Assembly (NCBI GenBank): GCA_031409275.1
Contig: JANNXA010000034.1
Coordinates: 128,001-192,000 of the forward strand
Source: Planctomycetota bacterium
GTDB lineage: Bacteria; Planctomycetota; B15-G4; SIAN01
Length of the DNA stretch: 64,000 nucleotides
Direction: 5' to 3'
In this document: positions 18,267 through 29,799 of the stretch, piece after piece
Layout: every line of letters begins with the position of its first letter
How positions within the stretch are numbered: position 1 is the stretch's first letter
Translations under genes and position numbers: made by a program
Notes under the pieces: model-generated
Told to the model about the DNA's origin: nothing
Database searches by the model: none
What the model saw: the letters and a program-made list of their open reading frames with translations, nothing else

Positions 18267-21200
18267 GAGCAAGCCGCTGCACCGACGACGCTGGCCGCGG
18301 CGGTTGGCGTGGACTCTGCTGATCGGCGCGGTCGCGATCCGTTTCGGCGGAGTCGCGCTGCTGCCGACGCTGATCGATCGCTTCGTCGAACCGCTCGGAC
18401 TCGCGCTCCGCTACGAGCGGCTCGACTTGTCGCTCTTTGGCGGCAGCCTCGAGCTCGGCCACCTCGAGTTGCGCAGTCGCAGCGATGAAGCGGCGCTGCT
18501 GACCCTCGAATCGCTGCAGGTCGATGCCGAGATGAGCGCGCTGTTCATCGGAGAGCTGCGCGTTCGGCGCGTCGAGGTCGATGGAGTCCAGGCGAAGCTG
18601 GCGCGCCGCGCCGACGGGTCGATCGGCCTCGATGGGTGGTCTCCGCCGCCGGGAGACGCTCGCGAACCCGAGTCGCAGCGCGCTGCACCCGACGCAGGTC
18701 GCGCACCCGCTCCTTCCGCGACGACGAAGACGGCGTTCGACTTCACGCCGCCGTGCGAAGTCGAGCTGTTGCGCGTCCAGAACGTCCGCGTGCTGTTCCG
18801 CGACGAGACCGTCACTCCCGAGCTGCTGACGCCGGCATCGATCGAGCTGCACGTGAGCGACATCGGACATCCGTCGCGGGCGACCACCGTCGATCTCAGC
18901 GTGCGTGCGCCCGGCGTGGTCGACCGCGTCTCGTTCGCGCTGCGCGCGCGGCTTGGCGTCGGCGAGGGCGATCTCCAATGCGCGCTGGGCGTGCAGGGCG
19001 TCGCTGCCGAGCTGGTCCGTCGCTACGCGCCGCGCGCCGGAATCGACGCGGTGGCGCGCACGCTCGATTTCGAGCTTGGCGCGCGCGCCGGCGTGCGTCC
19101 GCTCGATCCGACGGCAGAGGCGCTGGGTGGCCGTTTCGAACTGACGTGGTGCGCTGCGATCGTCGATGGCAAGGAGGAGCTGACGCTTCAAGCGCAGGCC
19201 GAGCTGCTGGAATGGACGCGCGATGGCGCGCACCTCGGAACGGTGACGAGCGCGCTGGGCGGCCGCGCGGCGCGGCGTGCCGATGGCGTGTTGCAGGCGC
19301 TGGGCTTCGCGTTCGCGCGCGGCGAACCGGGTGAGGTGGCGGTGGCGCCACCACCCTCGCTGCCGAGTTCGCCGCCGAGCCAGCCGCCCGCTTCTCCGCA
19401 CGCTGCTGGGGACGAGAGACCGTTTCGGCTGCGCATCGATGAGATCCGACCGTCATTGCGACTGGCGCTGCGCGACGAGGCGCTGCTCCCGCCGCGCGAT
19501 CTGGTCGTCGAGCTCGCCGACAGTGCGCTGCGTGGCTTCGACACGGAAGCGTCGGCGACGGCGGAGCCGACCACGCTCCAGCTGCATCTGACGGCGCCCG
19601 ATGTCGTTTGCACGGTGCGTGGCGAAGTCCGTTCCGAGGTCGCCGCGCCGCGCGGGTCGCTCGAGTTCGAGATCGCGCTTGGCGATGGGCTTTCGCAACT
19701 GAAGCCCTACCTGGCAATGGCCGGGATCGAGCCGACGTTCGAACGCGGGACGCTCACGGGTTCGATCCGAGGCAGCGCCGTCACCTCGGCGACCGGCGCA
19801 AGCGAAGTCTCCGTTGCGATCGGACCGCTGCGCTTCGTCACGAGCGCGGCCGGTGGCGACGCTGGCGCGCCGCTCGAGGTGCTGGCGCTCGACCGCTTGC
19901 AGCTCGATCAACTGCGGATCGGGCCGGCGGCGGGAGAGCTGGCGCTGCGCTCGCTCGAGCTCGGTGGAGTGCGCGCCACGGCGCGGCGCGAGGTCAGTGG
20001 TGCATGGAACGCGGCAGGTTGGCGCATCGTCGCAACGCCAGGCCAGGCGCCGGTCGAGCCGGTGGAGCTCGCGCTCGAGGAAGTGACTGTGCGCCTCTCC
20101 GATGTCGCCATCGATGCCGACGCGACGCTGGAACCGAAGGCGGCGGCGCTCGACCTCACGGTGAAGGTGCGCGACCTCTGCGAGCTGCTGCACGTGCAGG
20201 GGCGCGTGGCGCTGCGGCCGGCGCCGCTGATGGCGGCGGCGCAACTTCGACTCGATGCGAGCGGATTGCGTGGCGGGCCCCTCACCTCGCTGCTGCGCGA
20301 GCGCGGGATCGAGCCGGAGCTGCGCGCGGGAACGTTGAGCTGCGGCATCGATGTTGCCGTGCGCGACGACGGTGCCGTTCGTCGCGCGTCGCTGCATGTC
20401 GAGCCGCTGCGCCTGCTCGACGGCGAGGAAGAGCTCGTGGCGTTGACGGCGCTGCGCGTCGGCGACGTCGTGCAGCGACCGGGCCGGCTCGTGTGCGGAC
20501 CGATCGAGATCGTCGAGCCGCGCGCGTCGGTGCGTCGGGATGAAGCGGGGACTCTGCACGCCGCTGGCTTCGCGTTCGCGCGGCCACCGGTCGCGGCCGC
20601 TGCGCCGGCGCCGTCCGCTGCTCACGCTGCCAGCGAAACGACGGTCGGGCCCGATCGCGCGCCGGCAACGATCGAGCCCGCGCTGGCGTTCGAGCTGGCC
20701 GGCTTGAAGCTGAGCGGCGCTCGACTGCGTTTCGACGACGCTGCGGTCGTGCCGGCGGTGGCGACGAACGCGACGGTCGACGTCACGGTGGGCGGCCTCG
20801 TGCTCGGTTCGGCCTCACCGACCCACTTCGAAATCGTGGCGCGCGTCGCCAACTCCCTCGATGAGCTGGCGCTGCGTGGCGACTTCACCACCGATCCGCT
20901 CGATCTGGGGATGCGTGCCACGGTGAGTGCCAATGGGGTGCGCGCCGGTCCGCTCGCCGCCTACGCTCCGACGGACGTCGCGCTCCTCACGAAGGATGGC
21001 CGACTCGCGTTTTCGTGGTCCGCGCGGCTTCGCGCCGACGCCTCGGGAAGTCGTCGCGCCGAGTTCTCATTGCGCGAACTCGCGTGGCGAGATGGCGAGG
21101 CGCCGCCCTTGCTCGCGCTCGACGAATTGGTGGCGGTGGTGCCGCAGCTCGACCTTCCGTACGGGCCGTTGGTGATCGAGCAGGTCACGTCGCGCGGGCT

Positions 21201-23559
21201 CGTGCTGCGAGGTCAGCGCGTCGATGACGAGACGATCGAGCTGCTCGGGCTGCGGGTGCGTTCGTCGGCGCCATCGGCAGCGGGCGCCGACGTCGGCGCC
21301 GCCACGGCTGCCACCGCGCCGATCGCCGCTCCTTCGGCGTCACGATTCGAGCCGACGCTGCCGTCGATCGTGCGGCTGGGGGTGATCGACCTCGGAGTCG
21401 CCGAGTTCCGCTTCAGCGATGCGCGTCATGCCGATGCGCCGCCGCTGATCGCGTCGTTCTCCTTGCGGCATCGCGAACCGTCCGTCGTCTGGAGCGAGGA
21501 GGCGGCTCAGATCGAGCCGTTGCGCTTCGAAGTCGTGGCGAGCGCGCTGCCCGTGTTGCGTGAATTGGCGATCGCGCTGGAGGCGACGCCGTTCGCGCCG
21601 ACGCCGGAGCTGACGCTGATCGTCGATGCCGTGGGCGGGTCGGGACCGGGGCTGCTGGCGGTGGTGCCGCAACTGGCGGAGCAGCTCGAACTCTCGGCGC
21701 TCACCGACGCGACCTTCCACGCGCGGCTCGTAGCGAGCGCGCAGGTGAAGCGTCGCGGCGCTGCCGCGATCGACCTTGGCGCGGGCTTCGGCGGCGAGCT
21801 GTCGCTCTCCGACGTCGCGTTGCGGGCGACACCCGATGGCGGACCGATCGTCGCGCTCGAGCGAGTCGAGGTCGATGTGGCCAAGGTGCGGCCGGCGACG
21901 GGCGCCGTCCATGTGCGTTCGATCGAGGTTCGCAAACCGGTCGCGGCCGTCCGGCAGACCGCGGAGACGATCGAGCTCGGGCCGATCCATTGGCGCCGTC
22001 CGGCGGTGGCGCCGGTGGTGGCGACCAGCGAGGCGGACGCGGTGGCGAGCGAATCGGGCGCGGCGTCCGAATCGACGGAGATGGCAGCGCCCGCGCGTCC
22101 CGAGATCCGCATCGACGAGCTGTTGGTCACCGGGCTCGACTTCACGCTGCTCGATGAATCGGTGGCGCCGCCGCTGCGGCTGCCGCTCACCGACCTCGAG
22201 GTCGAGGTGCGTCGCTTCACGACCCGTGCCTTCACCGAGCCGCGGCCGATCCCATTCCGCGTCGGCGTGACCGCGGGCACCGTCGAATTGAAGAAGCGGG
22301 ATGCTGGCACGCTGCTGGGAGGCTTCCTGCGTGCTGCGGCCGGTGCGGTGGTCGGCTCCGCTGCGGAAGTCGAAGTCGAGCCTCGCGCCGCTTGGGAGGA
22401 GCTCGTGCTGCAGGGCTCCGTCGCGCTGTTCCCGGGGCCGACCGGTTTCGTTCAGCTCGACGTGCGCGCGCTGGAACTGCAGGCCTTCAAGGGAGCGGCA
22501 GCCGCGAGCGGCGTCGAAATCGGCGATGGGCTGCTCGACACCAACGTGCGCGTGCAGTTGCGTGGTGCGAAAGGGATGGTGCTCGACTCCGACACCACCT
22601 TGACGTCGCTGTCGGTGACTGAGCCGCCCAACGGACCGATCGCGACCTACCTCAAGTTGCCGGCGCCGCTCGACTCGATCCTCTTCCTGCTGCGCAACGA
22701 GGACGACGAAACGCGATTGCCCGTCCGCTTCGAGGTCGCGGGCGACGGCATGAGCGGCGGCGAGATCGCGCGCGTCGCCACGACGACTCTCTTGCGCCTC
22801 ATCGCGGATGCGGTCGCGGCGGCGCCGATGCGCGTCGCCTCGGGCGCGCTCGACGCCGTGCAGCTCAAGAACCTGCCCGGACTCTCGAGTGTTCCGGGAC
22901 TCGGCAGCCTGCTCGGAAACGCGGAGCCGTTGCCGTTCGATGGAACGCCGGTGGTGCTGTCGCTCGAGGCGGGCGCCGCGGCGCTGCCAGCCGATGCGCT
23001 GACCGCGTTGGCGCCGATCCTCGCGCAGCTGCGGGCCGATCCGAGCCTGTCGGTGGTGGTCGAGCATCAGTTCGGCGGCGCCGACTTCGAGCGCATGCGC
23101 CGCTGGTCGCAGCCGCAGGACGACGACCTCGCCGATCTCGCGCGCAAGCTGCGCGCGCGGCGCGACGTGCTTGGAGCGCAACGGGAAGCGGCGGCGAGCG
23201 CCGCGCGCCTCGCGTTCGGCACGAACCGCAGTGGCGACGGCGCTGGCGGGGCGCAAGCGCGGACGGCTCAGGAGCGGCTGCGCGAACTCGAGCAGGAGCT
23301 CGCGCGGACCGAGGCGGCGCTCGATGCGACGCTGGCGCTGCATGGCGACAGTCGCCGCGGCGCCGCGCAGCGCGTGCGCGCGGGAGCGCAGGCGCTCGCA
23401 ACGACACGGCTGGCGTCGGCGCGCGATCTGTTGATGGGCGCGGCGGTCGAGGCGATCGGGACGCGGCTCGACGTGAAGCGTCCGCGCGTCACGCCACCGG
23501 TCGGCAGCGACGGTGGATTCCTGATCGTCACGCCGCGCCAGAAGCGGGGCGCGAAGTAG
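18259..23559 (+). CDS. Large DUF748/AsmA-like protein (1766 aa)
   Basis: N-terminal TM anchor and repeated beta-rich units (LLxLxxLxV...RRxDGxL). C-terminal LxxxLFLLRNEDDETRLPV and an OmpA-like helical tail typical of DUF748 proteins. Confidence 0.75.
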   Translation: MSESKPLHRRRWPRRLAWTLLIGAVAIRFGGVALLPTLIDRFVEPLGLALRYERLDLSLFGGSLELGHLELRSRSDEAALLTLESLQVDAEMSALFIGELRVRRVEVDGVQAKLARRADGSIGLDGWSPPPGDAREPESQRAAPDAGRAPAPSATTKTAFDFTPPCEVELLRVQNVRVLFRDETVTPELLTPASIELHVSDIGHPSRATTVDLSVRAPGVVDRVSFALRARLGVGEGDLQCALGVQGVAAELVRRYAPRAGIDAVARTLDFELGARAGVRPLDPTAEALGGRFELTWCAAIVDGKEELTLQAQAELLEWTRDGAHLGTVTSALGGRAARRADGVLQALGFAFARGEPGEVAVAPPPSLPSSPPSQPPASPHAAGDERPFRLRIDEIRPSLRLALRDEALLPPRDLVVELADSALRGFDTEASATAEPTTLQLHLTAPDVVCTVRGEVRSEVAAPRGSLEFEIALGDGLSQLKPYLAMAGIEPTFERGTLTGSIRGSAVTSATGASEVSVAIGPLRFVTSAAGGDAGAPLEVLALDRLQLDQLRIGPAAGELALRSLELGGVRATARREVSGAWNAAGWRIVATPGQAPVEPVELALEEVTVRLSDVAIDADATLEPKAAALDLTVKVRDLCELLHVQGRVALRPAPLMAAAQLRLDASGLRGGPLTSLLRERGIEPELRAGTLSCGIDVAVRDDGAVRRASLHVEPLRLLDGEEELVALTALRVGDVVQRPGRLVCGPIEIVEPRASVRRDEAGTLHAAGFAFARPPVAAAAPAPSAAHAASETTVGPDRAPATIEPALAFELAGLKLSGARLRFDDAAVVPAVATNATVDVTVGGLVLGSASPTHFEIVARVANSLDELALRGDFTTDPLDLGMRATVSANGVRAGPLAAYAPTDVALLTKDGRLAFSWSARLRADASGSRRAEFSLRELAWRDGEAPPLLALDELVAVVPQLDLPYGPLVIEQVTSRGLVLRGQRVDDETIELLGLRVRSSAPSAAGADVGAATAATAPIAAPSASRFEPTLPSIVRLGVIDLGVAEFRFSDARHADAPPLIASFSLRHREPSVVWSEEAAQIEPLRFEVVASALPVLRELAIALEATPFAPTPELTLIVDAVGGSGPGLLAVVPQLAEQLELSALTDATFHARLVASAQVKRRGAAAIDLGAGFGGELSLSDVALRATPDGGPIVALERVEVDVAKVRPATGAVHVRSIEVRKPVAAVRQTAETIELGPIHWRRPAVAPVVATSEADAVASESGAASESTEMAAPARPEIRIDELLVTGLDFTLLDESVAPPLRLPLTDLEVEVRRFTTRAFTEPRPIPFRVGVTAGTVELKKRDAGTLLGGFLRAAAGAVVGSAAEVEVEPRAAWEELVLQGSVALFPGPTGFVQLDVRALELQAFKGAAAASGVEIGDGLLDTNVRVQLRGAKGMVLDSDTTLTSLSVTEPPNGPIATYLKLPAPLDSILFLLRNEDDETRLPVRFEVAGDGMSGGEIARVATTTLLRLIADAVAAAPMRVASGALDAVQLKNLPGLSSVPGLGSLLGNAEPLPFDGTPVVLSLEAGAAALPADALTALAPILAQLRADPSLSVVVEHQFGGADFERMRRWSQPQDDDLADLARKLRARRDVLGAQREAAASAARLAFGTNRSGDGAGGAQARTAQERLRELEQELARTEAALDATLALHGDSRRGAAQRVRAGAQALATTRLASARDLLMGAAVEAIGTRLDVKRPRVTPPVGSDGGFLIVTPRQKRGAK

Positions 23560-23568
23560 GCGCGCCGC

Positions 23569-23940
23569 TCACGGCTTCGCGGCTGCGCCCTCGATCTGGC
23601 CGCCCACCTCGGTGATGACCGGATGCACGAAGAAGCTGAGCGGCGGCAGGATGAACCAGAGCGTCAGCTTCGACGTCTCGGCGATGTCGACGCGCTTGCC
23701 GCCGCGGCCGCTCGCCTCCTTGGTGAACTCGGTGACGGTGCTCTCGAGGGAGCCGTCGCCGAAGATCGGGTAGACGAAGAGCCCGTGGAGCGCGTACGAC
23801 GTCGTCGTCTGGTACTCGATCGGTTCGCCGCGGATGCCAGGCACTCCCGACAGGTCGCTGCAGTGGGTGTGGGTCACGCAGCCGGCCAGCGGCAACGCGA
23901 GGACGATCAGGCCGGCAGCAGCTTGCAGTGAACGGTGCAT
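23569..23940 (-). CDS. Small lipoprotein
   Basis: Lipobox LPLAGC and a hydrophobic C-terminal segment. Confidence 0.75.
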   Translation of the reverse strand: MHRSLQAAAGLIVLALPLAGCVTHTHCSDLSGVPGIRGEPIEYQTTTSYALHGLFVYPIFGDGSLESTVTEFTKEASGRGGKRVDIAETSKLTLWFILPPLSFFVHPVITEVGGQIEGAAAKP

Positions 23941-24177
23941 CGCGGACTCCTCGAATGGAAGGAGCCGGCGAGTGTAAGAGCGCCTAGCAGAATGGACGCG
24001 TCGCGCCGAGACCGAGCGAGGCCGCCCAGGACGAGGAGGCCGAAGCAGGCGACTCCGAAGAGTCGCCGATGGAGGTCGACGAAGTCATGGGTGGCCGCAG
24101 CCGGTCGAACGCAGCGGACATTCTGTTCGGCGCTCGAAGAGTCTGCCGCGCGTGCGCGAGCGCGACGGCGCCGCGCC

Positions 24178-25243
24178 TCAGCTGTTGACCGGCATCGGCT
24201 TGCGCTGTTCGAAGCGCACGCGGCTGCGGGCGGCGGCGACCGCCTCCTCGCGGCTGATCACGCCTTCGCGCAGCAGGAGGTCGAGCGAGTCGTCGAGTCG
24301 CCACATTCCCCTCTCGCGACCGCCCTGGAGGCAGTTGGGAATCTCGTGCGTACGCCCCTCGCGAATCAGCGATTGGATCGCGGGCGTCGTCAGCAGCAGC
24401 TCCGTGGCAGCGACGCGTCCGTGGCGGTCTGCGCGCGTCAGCAGCGTCTGCGACAGCACGCCCTGCAGCGATTCGGCGAGCATCGCGCGCACCTGGTCCT
24501 GCTCGGCGATGGGGAAGATGTCGATCACGCGGTCGATCGACTGCGAGGCGTCGTTGGTGTGCAGCGTGGCGAAGACCAGCATCCCGGTCTCGGCGGCGGA
24601 GAGCGCGGCGCGCGTCGTCTCGAGGTCGCGCAACTCGCCGATCAGCAGCACGTTGACGTCGGCGCGCAGCGCGTCGCGCACGCCGCTCGGGAAGTCGGGG
24701 ACGTCGTCGCCGATGCAGCGCTGGTGGACCATCGAGCGCAGGTTCACATGGATGAACTCGACGGGATCCTCGATGGTGACGATGTGGCGCATGTACTGGC
24801 CGTTGATCACGTCGATCAAGGCGGCGAGCGTCGAGCTCTTGCCCGAGCCGGTCGATCCGGTCACCAGCACGAGGCCGTTGCGGACGTGAGCGAGCTCGTC
24901 GACTCCTTTGGGGATCCCGAGCTGATCCAGCGAACGGATCCCCGACTCGATGCGACGGAAGCTCGCCGCGAGGCCGGTGATGCCGCGGTAGTAGTTGACG
25001 CGGAAGCGCGTGCCATCCTCAGCGACGCAGGCGCAGTCGACTTCGCCGTGCTCCTCGAAGCGCTGGCGCTGCCCGTCGTGCAGCGACTGGTCGATCAGAG
25101 CGGCGAGGTCAGAGCGCTCGGCCACCGGCAGCCCTTCCGCGATCTGCAGCTCGCCATGAACGCGCACGCGCGGAGGCAGGCCGACGTGCAGGTGCAGGTC
25201 GGAGGCGCCCATCTCGTTCACCAGGCGGAACAGGGCGGCGAGA

Positions 25244-25251
<8 letters not shown>
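24178..25251 (-). CDS. pilT: PilT/PilU family type IV pilus retraction ATPase
   Basis: GASDLHL, Walker A GSTGSGKSS, Asp box TIEDPVE, LLIGELRD, AAETGMLVFATLH, AIQSLIRE. GTG start at 25251. Confidence 0.92.
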
Positions 25252-26563
<1,312 letters not shown>

Positions 26564-26783
26564 GGGGTGAGGACCTCGGCATCGATGTCGACCAATTCAG
26601 GCCGCAGGCCGAAATCGCCCGGGAGGGAAAGATCGGAATCCAAACTTTTTCTTTTTTTCGGAAGAAGCCTCAAACCAACTGGACGTTTAGGTCGTACTGT
26701 TGGACGAGTTGACCGTTTTAAGGGAACGCGAGCACCCGCAACTGCGGCCCAGCTCGCTTCAAGAACCACGGAGGATTCGTTCG

Positions 26784-27659
26784 ATGTTGAGCCTTCTCTC
26801 GTTTGCCTTCGCCGCAGCGCTCCCGACCACCGGTGGCACCGACATCGTCGACACCGCAGTCGGCGCCGGGAAGTTCAAGACGCTCGTCGCCGCCGTGCAG
26901 GCCGCGAAGCTCGTCGACACGCTGAAGAGCGCCGGCCCGTTCACGGTGTTCGCGCCGAATGACGACGCGTTCGCCAAGCTCCCGGCCGGCACGGTCGAGA
27001 TGCTGCTCAAGCCCGAGAACCTCGCGAAGCTGCAGGGCGTCCTCGGCTACCACGTCGTCGCCGGCAAGTGGCTCGCGAAGGACGTCTCCACGATGACCGG
27101 CGCGGTGACCGTGAATGGTCAGCGCCTCGACTTCAAGATCGATGAAGGCAGCGTTCGCATCGATGGCGCCAAGGTGATCCAGGCCGACATCGAATGCAGC
27201 AACGGCGTGATCCACGTGATCGACAGCGTCGTGATGCCGTCCGCGAAGAACATCGTCGAGACCGCCGCGGGCGCCGGCTCCTTCAAGACCCTGCTCGCTG
27301 CCGCGACGGCCGCCGGCCTCGCCGAGACGCTGGCCAAGGATGGGCCTTACACCGTCTTCGCGCCGACCGACGAAGCGTTCGCGAAGCTCCCCGCCGGCAC
27401 GGTCGAGAACCTGCTCAAGCCGGAGAACAAGGACAAGCTCGTCTCCATCCTGAAGCTGCACGTCGTCAAGGGCCGCGTCTACAGCACCGAAGCGCTGAAA
27501 GCCGGCATGGCGACCAGCCTCTCGGCGGCCTCGCTCGCCATCGTCAAGGGTGAGAAGAGCGCGACCGTGAATGGCAGCGTCCTCCTCGCCACCGACATCG
27601 ATGCTTCGAATGGCGTCATCCACGTCATCGACACCGTGATCCTGCCCAAGGCGAACTGA
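26784..27659 (+). CDS. Fasciclin (two FAS1 domains) exported protein
   Basis: Two copies of [29 protein letters not shown] and [11 protein letters not shown]. Signal peptide and GGAGG RBS. Confidence 0.96.
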   Translation: MLSLLSFAFAAALPTTGGTDIVDTAVGAGKFKTLVAAVQAAKLVDTLKSAGPFTVFAPNDDAFAKLPAGTVEMLLKPENLAKLQGVLGYHVVAGKWLAKDVSTMTGAVTVNGQRLDFKIDEGSVRIDGAKVIQADIECSNGVIHVIDSVVMPSAKNIVETAAGAGSFKTLLAAATAAGLAETLAKDGPYTVFAPTDEAFAKLPAGTVENLLKPENKDKLVSILKLHVVKGRVYSTEALKAGMATSLSAASLAIVKGEKSATVNGSVLLATDIDASNGVIHVIDTVILPKAN

Positions 27660-27673
27660 TCTCAAGACCCTCT

Positions 27674-27734
27674 CGCGGGGCGGCGAACGGGACAGCGCCT
27701 TTGAGGCGCGCCGCGCGTCGCCCCGCTCTGTTTT
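27674..27734 (+). terminator. Possible intrinsic terminator/stem-loop after fasciclin
   Basis: GCGGGGCGGCG...CGTCGCCCCGC arms enclosing GCGCCT-TTG-AGGCGC, followed by TCTGTTTT. Confidence 0.35.
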
Positions 27735-27773
27735 GCCACCGCCGTGCTTACTGCGGTTTCTCAGGAGTTTCGA

Positions 27774-28343
27774 ATGCGTCGACTGGTTGCACTGGCGCTG
27801 GTGTTGGCGGGAGCGGCTGCCTGTCGCTCCGAGCGCGCGGCGCCGCCGGCCCTCGATGGCGCGACGTTCCCGTCCGTCACGTCCGAGGCGCTCGATGGCA
27901 AGCGCTGGAACCTGCCCGCCGATCTGGCGGGAGCGCCGGCCATCCTGCTGGTCGCGTTCGAGCAGGACGGCCAGTTCGACTGCGATCGCTGGCTGCTCGG
28001 CCTCGCCCAGGCAAAGACGCCGGTCAAGGTCCTCGAAGTGCCGACCATTCCCGGAATGGTCCCTGGCCTGTTCGCGGGCACCATCGACTCCGGCATGCGC
28101 AACGGCATCCCGTCGGAAGATTGGGGCGTCGTCGTGACGCTCTATGGCGACGCCGCCCGACAGGTGTTCGATTTCACCGGCGGCGTCTCCGATCGCAACG
28201 CACGCGTACTGCTGCTCGACGGTGAAGGGCGCGTGGCGTGGCATCACTCGCGCGGCTACTCGGCGCGATTGCTGGTCGACCTCGATGCGCGCGCGCGCGA
28301 ACTCAGCGCGGTGCCGGTTCCGGAGGCGTCGCCGAAGCGTTGA
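27774..28343 (+). CDS. Thioredoxin-like fold lipoprotein
   Basis: Lipobox AAAC. FPSVTSEALDGKRWNLPADLAG...VLLLDGEGRVAW. Confidence 0.75.
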   Translation: MRRLVALALVLAGAAACRSERAAPPALDGATFPSVTSEALDGKRWNLPADLAGAPAILLVAFEQDGQFDCDRWLLGLAQAKTPVKVLEVPTIPGMVPGLFAGTIDSGMRNGIPSEDWGVVVTLYGDAARQVFDFTGGVSDRNARVLLLDGEGRVAWHHSRGYSARLLVDLDARARELSAVPVPEASPKR

Positions 28344-29799
28344 CGTGGCGCTCGGCGTAACGGCGAATCCCGGCGAGCATCCCGTTGAACACGATCGCGT
28401 GGAGCGGGACGACGGCGTACCAGTAGGCGAGGCCCGCGAGGCCCTTCGGCCGGAAGCGCGCGGTCTGGATCAGCCGCGTGCCGGTGCCGGAGGGCTCGAG
28501 TTCGAAGGTCAGCGTCGCGATCCCGGGCAGCTTCATCTCCGCGCGCAGTTCGAGGCGTTTGCCGTCTTCGAGTCCGGTGACGCGCCAGAAGTCGAGCGCC
28601 TCGCCGAAACCGACCGCGTCGGGATCCTTGCGCCGTCGTCGCAGGCCCGGTCCACCGACCAGCCGGTCGATCAGGCCGCGTGCACGCCACAGCAGATCGG
28701 CCGCGTAGTAGCCATGCCCGCCGCCGATCCGGACGACCGCGGCGAAGACCGCCGGCGCCGCCGCCGCCACGTCGCAGCTGCGGCGATCGACGAAGACGCG
28801 GCCGCCCGCCCAGTCGGGATCGCCGGGGATTGCGCCAGCATCGCTCCACGCCGACTCAAGCCCTCCTGCGCGCTCCTTCGCCAACGCCTTCGCGATGGCG
28901 ACGCGCACCGGCAGTCGCGCTCCCGGAAGCAGTTCCAGCGCGCGTGGATCGCGGCAGACCACGCGGTTGCGCAGCCCTTCGGCGAGCGGTCGCGCGATCG
29001 CGTGGTCGATCGGCGTGACGAGGTGGATCCACAGCGAGGAGAGCCGCGGCGTGAGGACCGGCAGCGGCACGATGAGGCGCCGGCGCAACCCGAGTTCCTC
29101 CTGCATCACGTGCATCAGGTCGAGGTAGCTCAGCACGTCGGGGCCGCCGATGTCGAGCGTCGCGCCGATCGTGGCGGGCACGTCGAGGCAGCGGACCAAC
29201 GCATCGAGGACGTCGGCGACGGCGATCGGCTGCGATTCCGTGGTCACCCAGCGCGGGGTCACCATGACGGGCAGCCGCTCCACCAGGTAGCGCAGGATCT
29301 CGAACGACGCGCTGCCGGAGCCGAGGATCATCGCGGCGCGCAGGACGGTGAGCGGAACGCCGCCGCTCGCCAGAGCGGTCTCGACCTCGCGTCGCGAGGC
29401 GAGGTGTTCGGAGAGCCCATCGCCGAGCTCGCCAAGGCCACCGAGGTAGATCAGGCGGCTGACGTTGGCGCGCTTCGCGGCCGCGGCGAACCCCGCTGCG
29501 AGGCGCTGGTCATGGCCGCGGAACTCGCGGCCCGCCGTCATCATCGAGTGGATCAGGTAGTAGGCCGCTTCGCAGCCCGCCATCGCCCGCGTCAACGCCG
29601 CTTCGTCGCCGACGTCGCATTCGACGACGCGCAGTCGCGGATGGTGGATCCAGGTGCGCGCGCTGAGTTTGCGGGCATCGCGCGCGGCGCAGACCACCTC
29701 GTGCCCGGCGTCGAGCAGACGTGGCACCAGGCGCCCACCGATGTAGCCCGTCGCGCCGGTGACGAAGAGGCGCCGGATGGGCTGGGCTGGATCGTTCAC
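28303..29799 (-). CDS. SDR/NAD(P)-binding oxidoreductase with DUF2867 C-terminus (YbjT-like)
   Basis: VTGATGYIGGRLV, AYYLIHSM, GSGSASFEILRYLVERLP, LDFWRV, LRAEMKLPG, GLAYWY. Confidence 0.92.
   Translation of the reverse strand: MNDPAQPIRRLFVTGATGYIGGRLVPRLLDAGHEVVCAARDARKLSARTWIHHPRLRVVECDVGDEAALTRAMAGCEAAYYLIHSMMTAGREFRGHDQRLAAGFAAAAKRANVSRLIYLGGLGELGDGLSEHLASRREVETALASGGVPLTVLRAAMILGSGSASFEILRYLVERLPVMVTPRWVTTESQPIAVADVLDALVRCLDVPATIGATLDIGGPDVLSYLDLMHVMQEELGLRRRLIVPLPVLTPRLSSLWIHLVTPIDHAIARPLAEGLRNRVVCRDPRALELLPGARLPVRVAIAKALAKERAGGLESAWSDAGAIPGDPDWAGGRVFVDRRSCDVAAAAPAVFAAVVRIGGGHGYYAADLLWRARGLIDRLVGGPGLRRRRKDPDAVGFGEALDFWRVTGLEDGKRLELRAEMKLPGIATLTFELEPSGTGTRLIQTARFRPKGLAGLAYWYAVVPLHAIVFNGMLAGIRRYAERHVNASATPPEPAPR

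Noticed and set aside
26680..26714. TGGACG/TTGACC repeats upstream of fasciclin as a CarH-type operator
   Set aside because: Spacing (21 and 8 bp) does not fit regular 11-bp direct repeats. Too weak to call.
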